64,000 nt of DNA from Owenia fusiformis (taxonomy: Eukaryota), in the NCBI GenBank assembly GCA_903813345.2, contig CAIIXF020000001.1, positions 44,392,001 through 44,456,000 of the forward strand. Direction: 5' to 3'. Below the pieces are notes generated by a model. The model searched no databases, had not been told where the DNA came from, and worked only from the letters and a program-made list of their open reading frames with translations. How positions within the stretch are numbered: the stretch's first letter is position 1; each line of letters begins with the position of its first letter. This document shows, piece after piece, positions 51,286 to 63,803 of the stretch. The position numbers were made by a program, and so were the translations under genes.

Positions 51286-52818
51286 GAGTATGTATGACCT
51301 CTAAATTGACCTCCAAATGAAAATGGCTGTTTTCTGGTTTGTGATTTCATTTGCTATGGTGCATTGATTCTTGGTATTTATTCCTTTAATCTGATATCAA
51401 GATAAATTCGCAAGATTTTGAACACAATTACGGCACACCATTGAAATAACTCCTTCCTGGTGCAGTCAGACTAAACAGACAAGCATTTAATCATGAAATC
51501 CAAATTTTTCCAAATGAGGTAATGAACAAAATGGGCAATATAGGTGGCATTATTTGCTGGTTTAAGTTCCAATACTGTTAAAAGACTGCAGTTGGTTGCA
51601 CTGCATATATAATATTTTGTAGTACAGTTCAATGGGTTTGTGATAATCTTACATCTATTCTGTCAGCTTTTAACATCATGTATTTCCCTCCATACGTATT
51701 CATGTTAGATGAGGTTACCCCTGGCGGACTAGGGCCTCTGCCTCGAGGGGATCCCTTAAAATATGAGAATGAAGGGGTACTTTTGGACTTGAACAATGAC
51801 ATCCCCTTAATGTGACTCCAGAAGATTTCCTAAAAAATGCCCTCATTAGTTTCCAGACCCACTCCTGAATCTTTTATGTCTTGATGCAAAGCTATACGAT
51901 TTCTCACAACTGCCATCTTTTTATGGTGTCAGAAAATTTGTTGATTGAAATAAAATTTGAGGTAAGATGTATACATGTGTGTATGTATAGGAATGATTAA
52001 AAATCAAATTAACTCTTTTATTCTTGTAACAGTCTAGACTATTTCACTGGCTTTGTATACATGGTCAGCCATTTTGGATGAGTGATCTCATTGGTAGAGC
52101 ACGAGAAAAATTCAAATCATTGAAGGGACTTCCTCAGACTTCAAAGAGTTAAGCAAACCAACCAATCATGTTGATATTATTAAGAACATATACCTGTCAT
52201 AAATTATTGTATTTTGATAAGCTTAGTTTTGTAATTATGTATCATAGATATGTATAGATATTTATATATTCTTAGATGATTTGTAAATGTGAAACTGCTG
52301 TTGCAAATGTGTATTAAATTATTATTAAGGAAAAAAATTTAACTTGCTTTTGTGGCATATGTAAAACCAAATAAATGTGAATCGTATAAATAATTCTAAA
52401 ATGTACCTTTGTGCAAAGACCAGCCAGTAAAAACAACCATATAATCACTTTGCTTGCTCTATCAAGAGTGCCACTACATATATGTAGCTGTAGCAAAGAA
52501 AAGATAATTGAATTCACTGTGGGTTATTTGACTGTACAATAAAGTTGACTGGCTTGCTTCCAAAGCATTTAAAGGCTAATGTTCTTAAACCATTAAAGGG
52601 TGATGTTATTAAAACATGGGTTACACTTTGCTTCATTTCTAGATTGACAAATTGATGTAAAAATCAATAGAATTTTGGATATACAACAGGGACACATTAT
52701 AGATATAAAAATGTTAACCTTCAAATTTGGAATAAAACTATGGCTTTTGCTCTCAACTATAAAGTAATTTACAATATTAATACATGCCCTGTATTTGTAC
52801 CTTTAGTGCAATTATGTA

Positions 52819-54394
52819 CAGGGTGGTCAAAAAAATGGAAACCCTGTATTTTCCTTACATCTTTGTCACTTTAGGAATTTACTCGCTGATATTTCACACA
52901 TTTGTACATCATTCAATTTCCTACCACCCTACCATATTTCATGACCATCAGACTAATAGTCACAATTTTACAGCAATTTGAATAACATGCTTCAGATTTG
53001 GCCATTATCGCGCTGTAGGTAAAACAGCACAGTTGTCAATGACCTGAATGCATTCCTCAGCAGGTATGGCCTGAATGACACAAATGATCTCACTTTTGAG
53101 GTTTGCAATTGTCCTGAGGTCATTCTCATATACTCTATCTCTGCCATATCCCCACAGGTAGGGACATTTTAGACAATGAGTATAGGTTCCCCAAAACGCA
53201 ATAGTGGCCACTGGGCATGTTCTTTAAAGTACTGTAACATTTTGACTATCAATCTGATGGTCATGAAATAATGTAGGCTGGTAGCAAATTGAATGATGTA
53301 CAAAAGTATAAAATATCAGGGAGTTATTTTTGGCTCACACAGTGAGCCTATGGGATTGACCAGGCGTTGGTCCGTCCGTCCATCCGTCCATCCGTTGGTC
53401 CGTCCGTCCGTCCGTCCGTCCGTCCGTCCGTCAACATTGGTCGCACAAATTAAAACTGCTATTCGGATTGAGTCATAGCCACATTCATTTTATGCATATT
53501 CATAATGCCTATTTGACCTATCATCGCCATTTCCCAAGTTCGCCCGGTTTCCAAGAAATTGCGGATTTTGACATCAGAAAGTCAAATTTTCTGTAAATAC
53601 TAGACACTTTGTTGAAGTAGAACTTTCAAATAACTTTTAGTAGTTGCTGTATATGCAACTTATGTCCTCTGAAGATTTCAAAGCTCTTGGAATTACAGTT
53701 TTTGGTGTTTACTCTATAAAATTTGACAAAAAGTAGGACTTAGTCATTTTCAGGAAACTTTCTCATGTATAAAGTCAATGGCAGGTTTTGTGATTGACAA
53801 GTTTCTCAAAGTTTGCCTTATACTTGATCATTTCTTGCAATGAATTACATCATTACTAGATTAAAGCATTCCCTACATATTGCTCAATATATGTCAGCGT
53901 CAAATTTTTACCGTTTTTGAGATATTTGACGTCAAAAAACAGTAAAAATAAGTTATTTTTCAACTTGCTTCAATTTGACCAAATTTTTTTGTGAAAATCA
54001 TCTACAATTTGCCAGGAGTTCAAATCTGACATTAGTTTTAGGATGTGACCTTTAGTTGACCTTCAGTGACCTTCGAAAGGTCAAAAAGTTAATTTTTCAA
54101 ATTGATTTTTGGATGTAAATTTTGGTCAGCTTAATCACAAAAGACTTTACTGAGCTCTTACTAAGTAAAATTTTCAAGGTCAAAGGTCATCAAACTAGGT
54201 CACACAACTGTGCTATCTAAGTTTCTCAAAGTTCGAGACTACAAATCCAAATCAATATTTTTGTTTGAAAGTCAGGATATACATTCCTCTGAAGGTTCCA
54301 AACTGTGTGAGCACAGGACCGTGGGTCCTTCATTAAAAATGACAAAGATATGAGGAAAATGGTATTAGGGTTTCCATTTTTTTTGACCACCCTG
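52819..54394 (-). mobile_element. Degenerate Tc1/mariner element with a transposase remnant, interrupted by a HINE
   Basis: TA|CAGGGTGGTCAAAAAAATGGAAACCCT ... AGGGTTTCCATTTTTTTTGACCACCCTG|TA; minus-strand remnant LWGYGRDRVYENDLRTIANLKSEI at 53005-53211 resembles a Tc1/mariner C-terminus. Confidence 0.85.
53331..54334 (+). mobile_element. Helentron-type (HINE) element
   Basis: Subterminal repeat GCTCACACAG (53333) and CTGTGTGAGC (54303); (GTCC)n at about 53370-53431; 3' hairpin AGGACC-GTG-GGTCCT; T-rich site. Confidence 0.85.
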
Positions 54395-54519
54395 TAGTAG
54401 CAATTGCATGCAGTTCATATACTAGTTTGAATATAATTGTATAAAATACAAGTAAATTTTTTGTTTTGTATTGCAATATGCATGAATGTATTTAGAATAT
54501 CTTGTCAGATTGTGACATA

Positions 54520-55592
54520 CAGGGTGTCCCAGAACTCATGAGAATTTTTTGAGGGAGATATAAGGCATGAGTGATTTTCCTTCAAATTTGGTACGCTTAT
54601 TACACACACTTTGGGGAATAAGTGACATGAATTTCAGGCACATGTCTTTTATATTTCCGAATTTATTGACATTTGAGTTCTACATCGCCACGAACCCCGG
54701 AGTTGTCGGGAAAATACAACAGTTATTGTCACATTTTGTCAATTTTATGCAAATTCTCAACTATAAAACCAACGTTTTTTGTATAAGCTCAGTTGTGCAT
54801 TTTTCTCATATTGATGATGCACTTTGAAAAAACGATATATAAATCTTGATAGAGACCCAATACATCAACGGATTGAACATTTGGTTTGCTGAAAGATCAT
54901 AATGACATGTTCCTGAGGGATTGAAAGAAATGTCCCCATTTGCTAGCCAATATGATCTTGCATATTGACAATGCACCAGTGAATAAGTCACTACATGCAT
55001 GTCAGCAGTGCATCCAATTTACTATTGAGACTTTACAGTATATATAGTAGCTCCATATACTTGCCAGATTTTGCTCTACTAGACTTTTCATTTCTTTGGG
55101 GACCTTAAACAAAGATAAGTTGGCCATGTCACTGAAACGGAGGAAGAATTGAGTCATGTTGTTTCAGGGGACCCTACAGAAATGGCCATAGAACGATTTG
55201 GGAATGTATATAAAGAGTAGCTGAAAATACATCTACTGCAGATAATATGCTATAATAACTCTATAGAGATACGTTAGCTGAATGTGTATGATCCTATTAA
55301 CTAATGTACCGAAACGCCGAAATAATTCAATGAACACAATACTATTATAGTGGAGAAAGTGTGTAAATATTATCAAAATGTGACGTAAATTGTTGTATTT
55401 CTCTGACTACTCCGGGGTTTGAGGCGATGTAGAATTCAAATGTCAATAAATTCGGAAATATAAAAGATATGTGCCTGACATTCATGTCAGTTATTCCTCA
55501 ATGTTTGTTTATTAAGTGCACTTAATTTGAAGAAAAATCATTCATGCCTTATATCTCCCTCAAAAAATTCTCATGAGTTCTGGGACACCCTG
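54520..55592. mobile_element. Tc1/mariner-type MITE with TIRs of about 180 bp and a TA TSD
   Basis: TA|CAGGGTGTCCCAGAACTCATGAGAATTTTTTGAGGGAGATATAAGGCATG mirrored to 55592|TA; an empty paralogous site GTGACATAGTTTG lies at about 63850-63862. Confidence 0.95.
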
Positions 55593-56223
55593 TAGTTTGA
55601 AATGTAGTGTAATATACAGATTCTATCTAAAACAATATTGTTTGTATGATTTATATCTGTATATACACATTTATTTGTTATGTACCAAGAGTAGTTCTAA
55701 TACATTATGTTAATTGTGACTCAGGTTTAAAGTGAATATTTTTTCCAATGGAATAAATATGGCATTAAACCATGATCCCTTTTAATATTCACATATATAA
55801 CATGTTTAACCAGTGCAAAAACGAATTCAGGTGCATGATATTTGCATCTAGATATCACAGATCATACCAATCAACATTTTGGCCAGTTCTAACCCTGAAT
55901 AAAACAGAAATGTGCATTTGTCAATAGAGATCTCAATTTTAGTGAAATGCCATTTCATTATACCATGCATTGTATCTCTCTGTAATTTGTTTGATAAAAA
56001 TACACATCTAAAATATACTAGCAATAATTTTTATGTCACAACCAAGAAGTGTGACCACCGTTTGGCAACAGAGTGTGTCACAATTGTCACACTTTTCCAG
56101 GTAGTGACATATTGTCATGTTAATGCCTTGTTTTTTGTTAAGCATAAAAAGCAATAGCATTCAGACATCAGATACTTCTTACAGGAAAATTGAAATGGGC
56201 TCATTAATTCTGAAGCCACTTCA

Positions 56224-59200
56224 TTATTTCTTTGAAAAAGTTAGAAATTTTGAGAATAAGTGTGTCTTTTTTCTTGAAAGATTTCTGAAAAGTTGCATAT
56301 GTGTGCCTTGTTTGTCAAGTCCATATCTCTTTAATTGGTCGTCAGATAGTTTGGAAAAAGCTTTTCCATCAAGATGAGCTGCTTTCATTTGTTGGATAAC
56401 TGAGTCCTCAATATTTTGCTGTTTGAAAAAGTCAGCCATTTGCTCAATAGTAAAGTTGTAAAGGTTTCCATCATCTGGAATTGTGGTGTGGCATTCTGGA
56501 AGATATAAACATGATAAACTGTGGTGTTAAGTCGAGATATTTTCAAGCTTTGACGATTATAGAGAATAATTTGGGCCCAAAAACTTTGTAGGACCTCAAT
56601 CAGTGGGCCTTGTTGGGCATTACTTGGCCTTTATTGGGCCTTTTTAAGTATTCGTTTTATTAGACTCATATTTTATTTACAAATACATGTAATTATTTTT
56701 AAGTAGTCCATAAACAATTATTTGAAGAGAAATTATTAATATATAGTGGTAATAAATGAATGTGGGTAGAGTGATGACGGTTACAATTACATTAATAAAG
56801 GAGAGCTATGCTCAATTGTTAACCTACAACTGAAACTACAAGAGCAGTAAACTTCAATTTGGAACAGGTTGCCTACTTTGTGAGCAGTTTTTTATTTAGG
56901 ATCAGATTGGTAACTTCAATACCAAACAACTGTACTACCACAAAATGCTACTGTTCATATGGCCCTTACCATGAATAACATGCTGATTGCCTTTAAACTT
57001 CTGGCCCATCTCCTTCAATATATCGGCAACTTCTTCCTCATCGACATAATTGTACTCGTCATCACCTTCAGGGTCTACATGACCAACATAGAACATATAT
57101 AAGATGTGTAATGAATAAAAATGAAAATTGTCTCTCAACAAAGTATAGAAAGCCAGGAAATTGCCCATATGGACTACGAGGTAGTTCTGTGACATTTTCT
57201 TTGACCTTAAATGACCTTTTGAAGTGTTCTCTCTTGACCTAAATAATGATATATCTTTGACTTCGTCTTCAAGTTTGACCTTGATTGCTACTATTTTGTC
57301 ATGGCCTTCACTTTCTGTGACGGCGTTCGAAGTCTAACATATGACAGATTGTGACATTCTGCATGCTAGTGCCAAGTTACTTCTGTTTCCCTTGTCAACA
57401 ATGACATTATGTATGGCCTAAGTGGCCTTGAATGACCTTTTTAATGTGACCTGTCATCAGAAGATTCATATTTTACTGTGACCTTCAAATATGGTCTTGA
57501 TAGCCACCTTAACCTTGAAGGTAGCCCAATCAAAATGAAAACTATTGAATGAGGTTACAGAATATAAAGGCTCATCGAAAACCTATACATCTATATAAAG
57601 GTCAATGCCACATTCGTCAAAAAATCTTGACATTTACATTTTTGCTATGGTGAGACTCCATGACTCAACATTCAAACATATTAAGGTCACGTGCATTTAG
57701 CGGTCAACGTAATAAAAGTGATTCGTGTTCCCTTGGGGATCAAGGAAGATGATGGTCTTTCACGTGGAGATTTTTACTTCTAGTCGCCCCCTCCACGGGC
57801 CCCTCTCCCAGGTTATCATAACATAAAGATCAAGAACTGTTCAATTGAGAATTGAGAAAGGACTATTGGACCGATGTAATTATAAGAATAAGGAAGTACT
57901 TGACATCGTGACGAATGTGGCATAATATTAGTTTTAACATTTATAATTTATGTTACTGTACGCGATTTGTGCAAACGCCCAATTTTGTAGGCTGGTATAA
58001 GTAAGATAGGTCATACATACTTGTAGAATAGATTGATTAATAGAATGGTTTGCGTGTTTTATTATAATTAAGCACATATAACGTTTTTGGACGACAAGCA
58101 ACACTTTTGATGCATTACCTGTTATACAACTAAAAAACTCAAACACAATTGTACATTATTTCCGATAATACAAATGACCAATATTAGGCCTTTTAAATCG
58201 GACAGGTTATAGATCAGACATTTGAAGGAAAAGCAATTACCTTTGGCTTTTAGACAGGTTGGCGAAGTTTGGGACTTGATAGGCTCTACATAGCCTTGAT
58301 CAACCTGTGACAGCGTCTTCTTCAACCTGTGTTGTCTCAACGGAACAGGAGGTGGTTGGTCTATATTACTGAATGATAACGATTTGGAAACTTGTGGATT
58401 GTGTTTTTTCTGAGTGGGAACTGGTGGTAGTGTAGATACCTCTTTTCTTCCAGGTAATGACCTGGGCAATGACGCTAAAAATAAAGCCTTGATATTGGTG
58501 ATGCGTTTTAAGCAGAATTATAAATAATTGAAAGATTTACATGACTTGAAAATTTCACGAGGACCACATAGGTCTTGGTTCTAGGTATATTTCATTTTTG
58601 GGTGAGCACTTTTTGGACTGTTTTCTCCATGAACAAACTGAATAAACTAATTAACAGCACCTACCACCGTCTGTGTAAATCTGATTATCGCCATCAACTA
58701 CCATTCGAGGAAATGTATTCACAATCTCGTAGTCAACCGTTTCGTAATCGTGGTCTTGGGCTGCAAGTTCGTTGTATCGTTCAGCTGATAACTTTTCTGG
58801 TGCACTGTCCAACTCAGCCAGTTTTACATTTTTGTGCTGAATCTGTGTCATGAATGAAACTTGTATATCTGTCCTTGTTGGAAGATGCATAGCCATTTTG
58901 TCGTCTACTAACGATATCATAATTTCGGGTTCTCTGATACAAAAGTCCAGTGTTATCCTGGTATTTTGTGGCAATATATCCTCGAATCGTGGATCCGGTC
59001 TGACAAGTTCAAATTGACTGCCTCTTTTGTAAACCGCATGGGCATTGGTTATGCTGTATAGGGTTGTGTCTTTGGGGATTGGTTCAAATACACCTTCCAT
59101 GAATGTTGGGAGACTGACTGGTATTGAGTACATAGCGCCGGGGGATTCTTTCGTACACAGCAGTACTTCCACCTCCGCATCCCGATGGTGTTTTCCTCGT

Positions 59201-60336
59201 TCGACTTTTTCTAGATGAGATAGTCTCCTTCGTGTCAGGTCTAAGATATCCCCAACGTTAACGGAATCATATGGCATATACTTGGCCTCTTTCACTACCA
59301 ACACACGATCTCCATTGTGCTTCAACAGATCTTCGACGCTGTTGATTTGTTTGGGACACGCCCTGAATCGCCCTTGATAAGAAGAGGGAATAATGAAATA
59401 GTCGCCATCGCACCAGAGGAGGAATTTCATCCTTTCATCATGGTATCCGTGAATATCGATTTGCATACCTGGACGAATATTGAGATGTTCAGTGATACTT
59501 GTTATCTCATCCCAATCGTGAACTTTAGCCCTGATTGGAAATAGTTTTTTATTTTTCTCCACAAAACCATTAAGGTCAATATAGTTTAGCACATCACCTA
59601 TGTAATCATCTGGCCTTGGGCTAACTGTCATATCCGTATTGACGCCCAACCTGTGCCTATCACCTGGATATTCCTTCATGGAGTATTCTACCTCCAGGTC
59701 GGGTGTAAGCATCGTGACTAATCCATCCAGAGGGAGACCTGGGATTTGATTTCGTTCATCTATTACATCGCCTTTCACCAGCTTGAGTTTACGTTCTTTT
59801 GGAAATTGATGTACCAAATCTGACACTGTGTAAAAGTTGTTTAGTTTCTTTGCAGTGAAATGTCCCTCACAGTCCATTGGAAGCTGAACAAGCTTCATTT
59901 GTCTAACAAGTTTACATTCTAAAAACCTCTGCCAATTTTTTCCCACTACAAGTCTGATTAATTTCAAGATCTCATCTTTCTCTAATAGAATAGCTCCGTC
60001 ATCGCTTCGCCACGTCTTGTTACATTTTACAACAAACGGGCAAACTTCGATCAAATCCTTTACTGTAGTGTACACATGTCCTACTGGGTGGTAATCCAGA
60101 ATTTGGAATTTTGTTGGATTAGACTCGTGTATGGCTATTCTATTTTCAATCTTTCTTCCCTTCTCCTTATATACAAGGTTGATCTGTTTTACGTGTACTG
60201 AATGTAGATCCAGGACAGTACCTGTTGGTAAATCCTCGTCCTCACCACACTGTACACCCCCAGTAACCTTGACACGTTCTGGCAACACATCCTTGTTAAT
60301 GTCAATAAATTCTCTCAGAGAAAACGTTGAATCCAT
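56224..60336 (-). CDS. THEMIS/GAREM-family signalling adaptor: two CABIT modules, Tyr/Pro-rich linker and C-terminal SAM-like domain (760 aa, 4 exons)
   Basis: Exons 60336-58665, 58474-58241, 57074-56970 and 56495-56224, all introns phase 1 GT-AG (2283 nt). CABIT-type cores LECKLVRQMKLVQLPMDCEGHF and LLCTKESPGAMYSIPVSLPTFMEGVF; FIIPSSYQGRFRACPKQI; PPPVPLR; SAM-like FTIEQMADFF...HLDGKAFSKLSDDQLKRYGL. Confidence 0.82.
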
Positions 60337-61634
60337 TTTCGTTCTTTTAAACCTAACTATTTAAGGGCTTAGTTTTAAAACAAAATGTGACATTATAAAT
60401 CAACGAATTAAGCCCATGTCCCTCTATTAAACACCTACTTAGTATTAGTACTTCATGTGTTGCTACCACCTTTTTCATTACGTCTTTAGATAACGTTTAT
60501 TTTGTACACCATATACGGCGAAAATATAATTTATCAAGATAGTAGTCCTTTAATCTGTTAATGATTGAATTGTAAACATCTCAAGTATTAGGCTATATAC
60601 CAGATCTATAAAATATGCTTTTTGGTCAACAGGACCGAAATTTACTAAACTATTATATAGTTCTGTTATGTACATAGTTATAAACGTGGTAAACATTTTC
60701 CCTTTTATCTCCTCTAAACGAGTAGGCTTACTAGTATTCCGAACTCGGTTTCTAAACCAATATACACAATAGTCACAACTGAACTAAAAAGTGCGATAAT
60801 TGACGTGGTGTAGTTTCAGTTTCAATTGTGCAGTTTCTGTTTAGTTATGCGTTTTTACTTAAAACAACCTGAAGAAATGTTAAGGAACGACTTAACTTTA
60901 TTTTTTCGGTTACCGGTGCCTTATTTATATTTATATTCAGAAATGGGTGCAAAGTGTGTATTGAGCCCGGTATTGAGATGAAATTCCATGAATTATAATG
61001 ATTATCCCACCGAGCGAAATTCGAGGGGGATATAGAGAAGCCGCCCGTCCGTTCGTTCGTTCGTTTGCCCGTGTGTCTGGGCAAAAAGTCAAATTCCGGT
61101 TGACGAATTTGATTCAAAATTTTTAGGTTTATGCCTTATGGGGTAAAACCTCTGCTCGAGAAGGAATTTTCATTATGGCAACTCAATTCAAAATGGCCGC
61201 CTTTTTCGTAAAAATGTAATCTTTGATAACTCAAATACTAGTAAACGGATTTGGATCAAATTTTATATGCTATCAAGGGACTAAGGAGCTTTGCTCGAGA
61301 AGAAATTTTCAAGATGGCCGCTGATTTTCAAAATCGCCGCCATTTTTTGTAAAAAAACGTAAACTTTGATAACTTAAATAATACTCACAGGCTGGTATCG
61401 AAATATTTGTCCGCTGTGACGGAGCATGCTATTTTCATAAAAACACTAAGAATACTTCACGATTTATTTTTTAACTCACATGTTTCGTTATACCATACAA
61501 AATTACTTACTCCATGCAATGGATATATCATTTGCGGGTAACTTTCACTTCTGTTTGAAGTCCAATTACGCTGGGAAGAAAAGCTATTGAAAATGGCGCC
61601 GGGGTATCATACTTCAAAATGTACCATTCTTGTT

Positions 61635-62011
61635 TACCCTTTGCATTCGTTTGACTTCACTTCTTAAAAGAGAGCTTCGTCTTCACTCTTTCAAACTAAA
61701 ATAAACCTGTGAACTCACCGCGCCAATCAGTGTTCGTCGGCCGCATTTGACCGACGTTCTATATATGGTCATGCCTTCTGACGTCATCGTGGAGCCCGGA
61801 ATTGACCAATAACATGCGCATATTTAATTAGAACGCATTTGGCGTATGTTTCTTCAAGCTCGCTGATTAGTGGAAGAAAGGTCAGCGCGTAGGTTAGAAG
61901 TGTCTAACCTATCTAGTGTCACCGGTACCCGTCGTGGGGGCGGGGCTACTAAACTGTAATATGGTCTCTACTAGGCAGAGTGTAGTTTAACTAGACTCTG
62001 CACGCAGGGTA
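61635..62011 (-). mobile_element. Second full copy of the 9-bp-TSD MITE
   Basis: ATTCTTGTT at 61626-61634 and 62012-62020; reverse complement of 50908-51285 with scattered differences. Confidence 0.92.
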
Positions 62012-62324
62012 ATTCTTGTTTAACTTTCTAATGGCACGATATAGTGACACGATAATATTTACACATGGTTTTAGCATAACTATGAAGGTATAAATGAGAT
62101 GTTGATGTATTTGGTCTTTTTAATTCTTTTATAAAAAATAATGTTTAATTTTTTTGTCTGCTGTGACGGAGCAGTTGCAAATGTGAACTGTGAAAATGCA
62201 CCGTCACAGCGGACAAAAAATATTAATATTATTTTTTATAAAAAAATTAAAAAGATCCAATGCATTAATATTTCATTAATACATTCAGAGTTATGGTGAA
62301 AACATATGTTAATATTAATATTAT

Positions 62325-63076
62325 TCAAAATGGTCTGTTCGACATCATAAATCTTGGGAAAATCTCACCCGGAAATGTTACAAGATCTGGACTTTACTCA
62401 GCTTATCAACAATGATACTAGTATATCTCGAGTTAAATGCCATCTTAACGAGGTCAAAGAAGCATGTATCAGAGCAGATCACGTGGAATGGCACAACAGT
62501 CTTTGGGACGATAGTCGTAACCCAAATGGCAACAAATTACGGACATATCGACTGTTTAAAACACATTCCATGCAGCCCGCCCATTATACTTGTATCAACA
62601 TGTCAAGGAGTGAACGCAGAGCTATTGCCCAACTTAGAAGTGGAACACTCCCATTGAAGATCGAAACTGGACGATATAACAATACCCCACTCCAGAATCG
62701 CCGATGTCACTGTGATAATTTAACTGTTGAGGACGAGTTTCATTTTCTTTTACAGTGCAATAGTTATGAAGAACTGAGAACTCCATTGTTTTTAGATTGT
62801 GTTAAGGAAATTCCTGACTTTCACCAGCTTAACCATATTCAACAATTTTGCAATATTATGTCAACACAGAGCCTACAAAGGACACTATCCAAAACACTTA
62901 TAAAAATGATTTTAAAAAGACGTACTCTACTGTGATAATTTAACCTTTTATATAGTCATACTGAATCTAGTCTCTCATAGGTCGACACCGGCCGGGCCAG
63001 ACGATTTTAATATTATTGTTTTATAATTGTATGTATTTTAAATGGCGTGAGACATAGATAAAATATAACATATAAC
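62325..63076 (+). mobile_element. 5'-truncated LINE (CR1/L2 group) 3' fragment; ORF2 C-terminus at 62354-62935
   Basis: KLRTYRLFK, AQLRSGTLPLKIETGRY and EDEFHFLLQCNSY motifs; (ATATAAC)2 tail; ATATTAT flanks at 62318-62324 and 63077-63083. Confidence 0.85.
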
Positions 63077-63803
63077 ATATTATCGTGTCACTATATCATG
63101 CCATTAAAAAATTAAAAAAGAAATGGTACATTTTAGAGTTTGATACTCTGGCGCCGTTTTCAATAGATTTTACTCCTAGCGTTATTAGACTTCAAACAGA
63201 AGTGAAGGTTACACGCAAATGATATATCCATTGCATGGAGTAAGTAATTATCTTTGATATAACGAAACATATGAGTTAAAAAATAAATCGTGAAGCATTC
63301 TTAGTGTTTTTATGAAAAATAGCATGCTCCGTCACAGCGGACAAATCTTTCGATACCAGCCTGTGATACTAGGAAACGGATTTCAGTCAAATTGTATATG
63401 CCGTTGCCGAAGGATATAGTAGCTCTGTTCAAGAAAGAATTTTCAAGATGGCGGCTGGATTTTAAAATGGCTGTCATTTTTTGCAAAAAAATGTTATCTT
63501 TGATAACTTAAATACCAGTGAACGGATTTGGCTCAAATTTTATATGCTGATGCCAAGGGACATAGTAGCTCTGTTCGAGAAAGAATTTTCAAGATGATTG
63601 CTGAATTCAAACGGCTGCCATTTTTCATAAAAGAACTTAACGTATTCGTTGATAACTCAAATGCCAATTGATGGATTTAGTTCTTTTATATGTAGATGGT
63701 AAGGGACAATGAACTCTACTAAAGAAAACATTTTCAAGACGGCAACTGAATTTCAAAATGCCGCCATTTTTCATAAAAAAAACATAATCGTTGATGGCTC
63801 ATA

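Larger units (their letters stand above)
61386..63365. mobile_element. Foldback DNA element with CAC termini and a 5-bp TSD, Transib-like ends
   Basis: CACAGGCTGGTATCGAAA.ATTTGTCCGCTGTGACGGAGCATGC is mirrored ending at 63365; ATACT at 61381-61385 and 63366-63370. Confidence 0.92.
61001..63803 (+). mobile_element. Helentron-type (HINE) element with internal repeats of about 120 bp, 3' end missing, host to three nested insertions
   Basis: 5' end as at 43792 with (GTTC)n; units TTTGATAACT.AAATACTAGT.AACGGATTT...AATTTTCAAGATGGC resume after 63370. Confidence 0.75.

Noticed and set aside
58651..60336. 561-aa ORF as a complete single-exon gene
   Set aside because: A donor at 58664 and three downstream phase-matched exons give a longer, coherent protein.
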